Assembly: GCA_004762125.1 (NCBI GenBank)
Contig: SIHQ01000019.1
Location: 49,201 to 81,200, forward strand
DNA: 32,000 nt
Direction of reading: 5' to 3'
From: Oceanospirillales bacterium
GTDB lineage: Bacteria; Pseudomonadota; Gammaproteobacteria; Pseudomonadales; Endozoicomonadaceae
In this document: piece after piece, positions 25,970 to 32,000 of the stretch
Position numbering within the stretch: position 1 is the first letter of the stretch
How the letters are laid out: each line of letters begins with the position of its first letter
The notes under the pieces: generated by a model
Told to the model about the DNA's origin: nothing
The model's input: only the letters and a program-made list of their open reading frames with translations
Database searches by the model: none
Program-made: the position numbers and the translations under genes

Positions 25970-26317
25970 TTAATAGTATTCTTTCTTGCGATCGTGTTCG
26001 TCGCTGGTTTCGTACTTGACTGGATATCGATTGTGCTTATATGTATTCCGATTTTTACTCCTTTCATTAAGGCCGCGGGAATCGACCCTATTTGGTTCGC
26101 TATTATGGTTATGGTGGTCATTCAGACCTCTTATCTTACACCTCCAATGGCACCTTCAATTTTCTATCTACGCTCTATTGCACCGAAAAGTTTAACGTAT
26201 AAACATATGTATTGGGGAGTACTTCCCTTTGTTGCTATGCAGCTATTAGTACTGGCTGTTGTGGCTATTTGGCCATCAACAGCAACCTATTTACCGAGCG
26301 TGCTGGTTGGGCTATAA
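25970..26317 (+). pseudogene. 3'-terminal remnant (~115 codons) of a TRAP transporter large permease (DctM, COG4664-like type)
   Basis: The frame reads ...LIVFFLAIVFVAGFVLDWISIVLICIPIFTPFIKAAGIDPIWFAIMVMVVIQTSYLTPPMAPSIFYLRSIAP...YWGVLPFVAMQLLVLAVVAIWP...YLP*. This is the last three TM helices of a roughly 430-aa DctM-type protein. The in-frame upstream sequence hits a stop at 25919-25921, and no dctP, dctQ or 5' dctM is present. Confidence 0.7.
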
Positions 26318-26340
26318 ATCATTAACCGCAGGAAGTGAGA

Positions 26341-26362
26341 TAGGCTGATGTACACCAGCCTA
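26341..26362 (+). terminator. Short hairpin between convergent gene ends (possible terminator)
   Basis: TAGGCTG (26341-26347) and CAGCCTA (26356-26362) flank an 8-nt loop, followed by GTTTATT. The U-tract is weak. Confidence 0.35.
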
Positions 26363-26395
26363 GTTTATTAATACGCGGTTGGTTTATCAGAAACA

Positions 26396-27343
26396 TCAGC
26401 TGTTTTTTTGATAAACCAACTGAGCACAAACAAGATCAGCCAGTGCTGTACCTACAGACTTAAATAAAGTGATATCTTGCTCATTGTTACGTCCATGAAC
26501 GTCACCACTGCATAACTGACTTAACTCACCTTTTACTTGCTCAAGTTCATAAGCGCCTTCTGCAATGGGTATCAATAACTCACCTGCTTCGGCAGATGTA
26601 TTAACCGTTCCATCAACATAAACCTCTGAACGCTGCATGCACTCGGTATCAACTTCCCTGCATGTTTTTATGTGGTTACCCACTAAATCAATGTGGGTAC
26701 CAGGCTTTACCCATTTCCCTGAAAACAAAGGAGTCGGTGAACGGGTCGCACAGCTAATGATGTCAGCCCAGGCTATATCACTCTCGAAATCATTGGATAT
26801 GGAAACATGTATGTCAGGTCTCTGCTTGAGAATATCATCAACAACGCCCTGAATTTTCTCTGGGCTTCTACCCCAAACCTTTATCTCACGTATATCACGG
26901 ACACTGGCATGAGCAAGAGCCATATATGGTGATAAATGACCCGTACCACATAGCAATAGTTTTGAGGCGTCAGATCTAGCTAGAAAACTACACGCCAGCC
27001 CAGAAACGGCTGCTGTACGCCAATAAGTTGCAGAGGTCCCATCAACCACAGCTTGAGGTAAGCCTGTTTTACGATCAAACAACATGATTTGAGCATAAAT
27101 GCTTTTCAGTTCAGCTGACTGTTCTGGATTATCAGGCAAATAGGTAAACGCTTTTACAGCGATGGTTTCGTCATTCCAGGAAGGCAACACTGCAAATGCA
27201 TCATGATTGTCAGGATTACTGTCTAAATCATATACATTTCTTTGCGGCATGGAGTGCGGTTTTGAGAACGCATTTTTAAGTTTTTCTATTAACTCAGGGA
27301 ACGTTAAACTTGAGTGAACTTTATCTTCTGAAAGAATAATCAT
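26396..27343 (-). CDS. Ornithine cyclodeaminase/mu-crystallin family protein (possibly a pyrroline-2-carboxylate reductase-type enzyme)
   Basis: 315 aa. Carries a Rossmann motif (LLLCGTGHLSPYMALAH) and overall OCD-family colinearity. Its context is a hydroxyproline-type cluster. Confidence 0.8.
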   Translation of the reverse strand: MIILSEDKVHSSLTFPELIEKLKNAFSKPHSMPQRNVYDLDSNPDNHDAFAVLPSWNDETIAVKAFTYLPDNPEQSAELKSIYAQIMLFDRKTGLPQAVVDGTSATYWRTAAVSGLACSFLARSDASKLLLCGTGHLSPYMALAHASVRDIREIKVWGRSPEKIQGVVDDILKQRPDIHVSISNDFESDIAWADIISCATRSPTPLFSGKWVKPGTHIDLVGNHIKTCREVDTECMQRSEVYVDGTVNTSAEAGELLIPIAEGAYELEQVKGELSQLCSGDVHGRNNEQDITLFKSVGTALADLVCAQLVYQKNS

Positions 27344-27528
27344 GATAGTTTTCTTCTTTGCATCAAACAGGCTTGATATTCAATGTAAGGTAAAGGCTAC
27401 TTATTTTCTCTGATAACCCATTCACTGTCTTGTAGTACGAGAATAACTCTACGATACATTTTATCGTTCATGAAGCATCAGAATCACCCTCGTACTCTAT
27501 TCAGCACGATTTTCAGTTTGAACCCTTA

Positions 27529-28212
27529 TTATTGAGCCTGAGCACGGTTTGATTGCTGTTCGACTAACAGATCGTGAATAGCCTGGCCTGCTTCTTGAAT
27601 GTGCTTACGCAATAATGTCGTTGCACCGGTGATGTCTTGCTGTTTACTGAGTTCTAAAAGCTGATTGTGTTCACTTTCCGCTTTTTCTATGCCTGTAGTA
27701 AGCAGTAGCTGCAAGCGAACATAGCGGTCACATTTGATATTCAGGGTATGAATCAATTCCATTGCTTGTGGCATATTGGCAGGTCGGTAAAATGATGCAT
27801 GCAGTTCATAATTGAGCTCACTCCACTTCTCTACCTGAGTACCACTCTCTACAGCGGTTACAAAAGCGTGCAAGACTTTTTCGATGTCAGCGTAGTCTGC
27901 TTCTGTCATTTTTGAAATGGCACACTCAAGTACATGGCACTCCACTAAAGCACGCAACTCGAACAGTTCATGAATTTCAGCGGGCAATAATTTTGTTGCA
28001 CTAGCGCCTTTATGAGGCTCAAAGCACACCAATCCTTGGGCTTCTAACTGCAACAATGCCTCTCGTACAGGAATACGACTGACATTAAATTCTTGAGCAA
28101 TAGCATCTTGACGTAATGGCTTTCCGGCTTCAATTTCACCACTGAGAATCTTTACGCGGAGATTATCAGCTACCATTTGAGTGCGTGTTTTGTAGACGAT
28201 AGCCTTGCTCAT
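27529..28212 (-). CDS. GntR-family regulator, FadR/FCD subfamily
   Basis: Carries an N-terminal wHTH (LRQDAIAQEFNVSRIPVREALLQLEAQGLV) and a helical FCD-type C-terminal domain (ELFELRALVECHVLE...HASFYRP). Confidence 0.88.
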   Translation of the reverse strand: MSKAIVYKTRTQMVADNLRVKILSGEIEAGKPLRQDAIAQEFNVSRIPVREALLQLEAQGLVCFEPHKGASATKLLPAEIHELFELRALVECHVLECAISKMTEADYADIEKVLHAFVTAVESGTQVEKWSELNYELHASFYRPANMPQAMELIHTLNIKCDRYVRLQLLLTTGIEKAESEHNQLLELSKQQDITGATTLLRKHIQEAGQAIHDLLVEQQSNRAQAQ

Positions 28213-28337
28213 TTATCTTTGCTCATAAGTAGCTGCGACCGAAGTATTTTGAGTAGTAAGTGTCGTGAGATTAATTTTTCAAGAAGAACCTCACCAAAAA
28301 GGCGGCATCCTAACATAAGCTCGGAATTACCTGCTGT

Positions 28338-29339
28338 TTATTTAACTTCAAATCCATGTGCGTAAGGATCTTCGTCATCAACCCAAATAGTGTTGTGACC
28401 GTATACCTTAGCCCAACCTTGCACACTGGGCATAATAGCTGCGTGACCACCCACCTGAGTCGCTGATTCTACGCGACCTTCGAACATGCTACCGATAATA
28501 CTTTCATGGATAAATTCATCGCCAACCGACAGTTTACCTTTGGCGGCCCACTGTGCCATGCGTGCACTTGTTCCAGTGCCACAAGGTGAACGATCAATAG
28601 CATTAGCACCATAAAATACTGCATTTTTAGCGTGGGCTTGTGATTGTGTTGGGGTACCTGTCCATAGCATATGAGAAACGCCACAAACGGTTGGATCATC
28701 CGGATGTATACACTCAACAGCTTCATCAATTATCTGGCGTACAACAGGACTTAGTTGAAGAATTTTATCGACACTGAAATCTTCCAGCCCGGTAAAATTC
28801 TTTTGTGGATCGACGATAGCGTAATAATTACCACCATAAGCAATGTCAACAACCAGTTCTCCTAATTCGGGCACTTTCACCACAACTTCACTGTGTGCCA
28901 GATAAGAGGCTACGTTGAAGATACGCACCTTGGTCACTTTGCTGCCTTCCTGCTGATACGCAATATTGATTTGTCCGGCAGGGACATCAAGGGTTAATAG
29001 CCCCGGATGTTTCGGCTTAATAATGCCATTTTCTATCGCTGAAGTGACTGTGCCAATCGTGCCATGACCACACATGGGTAAGCAGCCGCTGGTTTCAATA
29101 AACAACACCGAGGCATCGCTATTAGACGAGCATGGTGGGTAAACAATAGCGCCGGACATCATTGAGTGTCCGCGAGGCTCAAACATCAATGCCTGACGAA
29201 TCCAGTCGTAATTTTTCAGGAAGTGCTGACGCTTTTCGCTCATGGTATTACCTTGCAAATCAGGATAGCCACCAGCGACTAATCTGACCGGATTGCCGCA
29301 AGTGTGCGCGTCAATACAGAAAAACGTTCCTTCTCTCAT
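28338..29339 (-). CDS. Proline racemase-family enzyme with a Cys/Cys catalytic pair; most likely 4-hydroxyproline 2-epimerase
   Basis: Contains CIDAHTCGNPVRLV. The catalytic motifs are LPMCGHGTIG and DRSPCGTGTSA, both with Cys, as expected for an epimerase/racemase and not a Cys/Thr dehydratase. I prefer ATG 29339 (MREGTFF...) to the TTG at 29357. Confidence 0.85.
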   Translation of the reverse strand: MREGTFFCIDAHTCGNPVRLVAGGYPDLQGNTMSEKRQHFLKNYDWIRQALMFEPRGHSMMSGAIVYPPCSSNSDASVLFIETSGCLPMCGHGTIGTVTSAIENGIIKPKHPGLLTLDVPAGQINIAYQQEGSKVTKVRIFNVASYLAHSEVVVKVPELGELVVDIAYGGNYYAIVDPQKNFTGLEDFSVDKILQLSPVVRQIIDEAVECIHPDDPTVCGVSHMLWTGTPTQSQAHAKNAVFYGANAIDRSPCGTGTSARMAQWAAKGKLSVGDEFIHESIIGSMFEGRVESATQVGGHAAIMPSVQGWAKVYGHNTIWVDDEDPYAHGFEVK

Positions 29340-29373
29340 TCTTTCTGCCTTAAACAATCGTTTCCATCTTTAA

Positions 29374-29441
29374 CAGTGCATCGACATCAACAGTGCATCG
29401 ACATCAACAGTGCATCGACATCAACAGTGCATCGACATCGT
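29374..29441. repeat. 17-bp head-to-tail tandem repeat x4 (CAGTGCATCGACATCAA) in a divergent promoter region
   Basis: Units lie at 29374-29390, 29391-29407 and 29408-29424 (identical) and at 29425-29441 (ends GT instead of AA). The array starts 35 nt upstream of the epimerase ATG (29339). Confidence 0.95.
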
Positions 29442-29493
29442 TCACAGCCTGCTACTTTTTTTTGCAATCTTAGCATTGTGCAATTATTTGTAA

Positions 29494-29517
29494 ATGTATA
29501 TTTTATACAATATACAT
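29494..29517. promoter_or_regulatory. 24-bp operator-like element ATGTATATTTTATACAATATACAT (core TGTATA-N3-TATACA), copy 1
   Basis: The perfect palindrome TGTATAtttTATACA carries an extra ATATACA half-site and lies 22 nt upstream of ATG 29539. Its exact reverse complement recurs at 30799-30822. Confidence 0.55.
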
Positions 29518-29538
29518 AACGCCGAATGAAATGTTTTG

Positions 29539-30786
29539 ATGAAACAAATAGACGCAGATATAGCAGTAGTTGGGGCAGGTATTGTAGGTATCTGTTCAGC
29601 ATTAGCACTGCAGGACGCAGGCTACAAAGTAGCGTTAATTGATAAAAACGGCATTGCCCGTAAATGTTCACAGGGCAACGCAGGGCATTTCGCTAGTGAA
29701 CAGGTGTTACCTCTTGCGACTCCCGGCTTGCTATGGAAGATTCCCGGAATGCTGCTCGATCCTCTGGGGCCAGTAGCTATTCGCTCGCGCTATTTACCTC
29801 ATATTGCTCCCTGGTTAGTTCGCTTCATGCTGAACACTCGCGACCGACCATTTTCTGAAGGGTCTGCAGCATTGAGCAATCTCAATGGGTTAGCCTTGTC
29901 CGCATGGCAAAGATTATTAACGAGAACCGGCGCACATGATCAGCTCAAGATGGATGGTTCCCTGCTGGTGTTCGAACAACAAAACAGTTTTTCTGCTTAT
30001 CAACCCACCTTACATCTTTTAGCCAAACATGGTGTTGTATCCCAAACATTGTCAGCGGGTGAAGTCCATGAAATAGAACCGCAATTAAACAGCAGTGTGT
30101 TACACGGAGTGTTGTTTCCGGAGACCGGACATACTGCCAATCCTTTTCGGCTAGCAACCACTCTGGCCGATTATTTTATAGCCAATGGTGGTCGCTTCAT
30201 CCAACAGGATGTGAGCGATATGCAGCAGTCAGACGGCCAGGTAGTCTTCAAGCTTGAAGGCGAACTTCATCGAGTCAAGCAACTCGTATTGGCGACCGGA
30301 GCCTGGTCAAAAAAGTGGGTGAAGCAATTAACAGGACTTAACATACCTCTAGATACCGAACGGGGTTACCACCTGATGTTACCCAACGCAGGTCAGGCAC
30401 TAACCGTTCCAGTGACCTCTGCAGAACGGCGATTCATCATGACGCCTATGGAGGAAGGATTACGTTTAGGAGGCACCGTTGAATTTGGCGGACTGGAAGC
30501 TAAGGCCAATATGCAGAGGGCCGAAATGCTGGCTCAGCACGCCAAGATTCTCTTACCAGAGCAGGATCATCAGATAGGTGAAACCTGGATGGGGCATCGA
30601 CCCTCTCTACCTGATTCTTTGCCTGTTATGGAGCGGGTGGGAAGTCATAAACAAGTTTATTTGAATTTCGGGCATCAACATTTAGGGCTGACACAAGCTG
30701 CAATATGCGCAGAACTCATGGTATCTGAGTTGCAAAGTACCGCCAACGTCATCGATTTGGCCCCGTTTCGTTCGGCAAGATTCTAA
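29539..30786 (+). CDS. FAD-dependent oxidoreductase (DadA/D-hydroxyproline dehydrogenase-like)
   Basis: Has an N-terminal dinucleotide fold (DIAVVGAGIVGICSALALQDAGYKVALIDK), DAO-family length and C-terminal GHQHLGLT. ATG 29539 lies one codon inside the track's TTG start. Confidence 0.85.
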   Translation: MKQIDADIAVVGAGIVGICSALALQDAGYKVALIDKNGIARKCSQGNAGHFASEQVLPLATPGLLWKIPGMLLDPLGPVAIRSRYLPHIAPWLVRFMLNTRDRPFSEGSAALSNLNGLALSAWQRLLTRTGAHDQLKMDGSLLVFEQQNSFSAYQPTLHLLAKHGVVSQTLSAGEVHEIEPQLNSSVLHGVLFPETGHTANPFRLATTLADYFIANGGRFIQQDVSDMQQSDGQVVFKLEGELHRVKQLVLATGAWSKKWVKQLTGLNIPLDTERGYHLMLPNAGQALTVPVTSAERRFIMTPMEEGLRLGGTVEFGGLEAKANMQRAEMLAQHAKILLPEQDHQIGETWMGHRPSLPDSLPVMERVGSHKQVYLNFGHQHLGLTQAAICAELMVSELQSTANVIDLAPFRSARF

Positions 30787-30798
30787 GAAAAAATTCTA

Positions 30799-30822
30799 GA
30801 TGTATATTGTATAAAATATACA
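30799..30822. promoter_or_regulatory. 24-bp operator-like element, copy 2 (exact reverse complement of 29494-29517)
   Basis: ATGTATATTGTATAAAATATACAT lies at 30799-30822, in the gap between the oxidoreductase stop (30786) and the DHDPS-family start (30949). Confidence 0.55.
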
Positions 30823-30948
30823 TGACGTTTAGGATAATTTGAAAACAAAGCTCTCAGAAGCTTTTTTCAAAGTCATTTTCAAGTATTTAAAAACCATGAC
30901 TTTGTGATAAGTGAAGTACTGATAAAAATAACAAAAAGAGGAAGCACA

Positions 30949-31836
30949 ATGAAAGTTGAAGGCGTATATGTACCCGTAGTAACTCCTTTTGACGCGGCTG
31001 GGCAGGTAGATTTTCCTGCACTGGGTAGACTGCTGGACTTTCAAATATCTGCTGGTGTTAAAGGCATCGTGGCCTGCGGTACAACAGGAGAGTATTACAC
31101 CTTCGACAGTGCAGAACGGGATTCTGTTTTAGGTTTTATTGCGGATCATGTTGCTGATCGTGCACAACTCATTGCCGGAATAAATGATTTATACACCGCT
31201 GGTTCAGTGGCAAAAGCAAAGGCTGCAAAAGCAATGGGGTATCAAGGATTGATGCTTGCACCGCCTATCTATTGTTTACCTCAGGAAGCAGAAATCATTC
31301 AGCACTACAAAACGGTAAGTGCTGAGACAGATATGCCCATCATTATGTACAACTTCCCGGCCCGCTCCGGTGTCGAAATCAGCGTTGAAGCGGTTATCGA
31401 GTTGAGTCAGGATAAAAACATTGTTGGTATCAAGGAAAGCAGTGGCGACTTCAGTCGTGCATTAGCTTTGATTAATGCCAAGTTAAACGACTTTGAAGTG
31501 GTATGTGGTTCGGACGATCAAGGTGCAGATTATCTGCTTTGGGGATCACGCTCCTGGATTGGTGGCGTTGCTAACTATTTACCGGCTCAACATGTGGCTA
31601 TGATTGAAGCCGCTAAACAGAATGATTTCGTCACAGTACGCAACACTATGCAAGAGATGTTGGCGGTGATTCAAAATCAGGAATCAGCGGATTATAACCA
31701 AAAGGCCAAGTTAGGTTGTGCGGCCGTTGGTCACCCCGTAGGTGGAGTACGCCCTCCCCTACAGGCCATCAGTAATACCGACAGTGAAGTCTTTTTAGCT
31801 ACTCTGGCGCCATTACTTACTCGCGCCTCTCACTAG
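30949..31836 (+). CDS. Dihydrodipicolinate synthase/N-acetylneuraminate lyase-family enzyme (likely 1-pyrroline-4-hydroxy-2-carboxylate deaminase-type)
   Basis: Contains VPVVTPF...GIVACGTTGEYYTF...YNFPARSG...VGIKESSG (Schiff-base Lys context). ATG 30949 has an AAGAGGAAG SD; the track start at 30904 is less likely. Its context is a hydroxyproline cluster. Confidence 0.85.
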   Translation: MKVEGVYVPVVTPFDAAGQVDFPALGRLLDFQISAGVKGIVACGTTGEYYTFDSAERDSVLGFIADHVADRAQLIAGINDLYTAGSVAKAKAAKAMGYQGLMLAPPIYCLPQEAEIIQHYKTVSAETDMPIIMYNFPARSGVEISVEAVIELSQDKNIVGIKESSGDFSRALALINAKLNDFEVVCGSDDQGADYLLWGSRSWIGGVANYLPAQHVAMIEAAKQNDFVTVRNTMQEMLAVIQNQESADYNQKAKLGCAAVGHPVGGVRPPLQAISNTDSEVFLATLAPLLTRASH

Positions 31837-31958
31837 GAATCTATGTATAGTAAAACCATAGCTTTAGGGCTTGGTTAAGTGTGATTTCCAAAAACTGGAA
31901 AGATCTATCGCATCTTTTATTACGTAAAAAATAAAAAAAATAAAAAAGGAAAAGCGAA

Positions 31959-32000
31959 ATGAAACACTTTATGAAACGTTTGACGCCTGTCGTAATGAGC
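31959..32000 (+). CDS. Start of an unidentified ORF (MKHFMKRLTPVVMS...), truncated by the window end
   Basis: ATG 31959 is preceded by AAAGGAAAAG. Only 14 codons are visible, and they are basic then hydrophobic like a signal peptide. Confidence 0.3.
   Translation, partial: MKHFMKRLTPVVMS

Noticed and set aside
25834-26019. A 61-aa ORF (TTG start) between phnP and the TRAP remnant as a small gene
   Set aside because: It has a non-ATG start and no SD. The open frame extends upstream without any start codon, and it runs into the TRAP stump in a different frame. It is more likely debris from the same rearrangement, so I left it unannotated.
27428-27442. The imperfect palindrome TCTTGTAGTACGAGA upstream of the OCD-family gene as a third GntR operator
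   Set aside because: Its arms are imperfect, it has no similarity to the exact 24-bp element found twice elsewhere, and it occurs only once. The evidence is too weak to call.

Overview
This 32-kb chromosomal window looks gammaproteobacterial. It is moderately AT-rich with marine Oceanospirillales-type gene content, but the taxon cannot be verified here. I saw no rRNA, tRNA, CRISPR array, intact transposase or integrase. Contents from left to right follow. (1) A window-truncated MscS-family channel (-) and a DUF1003 membrane protein (+). (2) A ~0.65-kb ORF-free, GC-enriched, hairpin-dense segment carrying a short IS30-like peptide relic. It is followed by a 369-aa secreted Cys-rich protein with four repeats that resemble cyanovirin (CVNH) half-repeats, and by a 12-bp Shine-Dalgarno-like tandem repeat in that gene's 3' region. 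(3) An eight-gene minus-strand operon: GcvPA-like, GcvPB-like, an ATP-NAD-kinase-fold (AcoX-like) protein, an SDR, and a basic-amino-acid-type ABC importer. It diverges from a GcvA-type LysR regulator, and no gcvT, gcvH or lpd is present. I consider it the best candidate for an uncharacterised catabolic system. (4) An orphan 266-aa protein whose sequence pattern resembles an FtsZ/tubulin fold with destroyed GTP-binding loops. (5) A complete C-P lyase phosphonate operon, phnCDE-F-GHIJKLMNP, with a Pho-box-like array, HutC/PhnF-type palindromes, and PhnN fused to a PhnZ-type HD domain. (6) The 3' remnant of a TRAP large-permease gene directly after phnP. (7) A hydroxyproline-type catabolic cluster: OCD-family protein, GntR/FCD regulator, Cys/Cys proline-racemase-family epimerase, FAD oxidoreductase and DHDPS-family enzyme. 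Its divergent promoter holds a 4 x 17-bp tandem repeat, and two inverted copies of a 24-bp TGTATA-N3-TATACA operator-like element precede two of its genes. All functional calls rest on by-eye motif recognition and memory of protein families. No searches were run.
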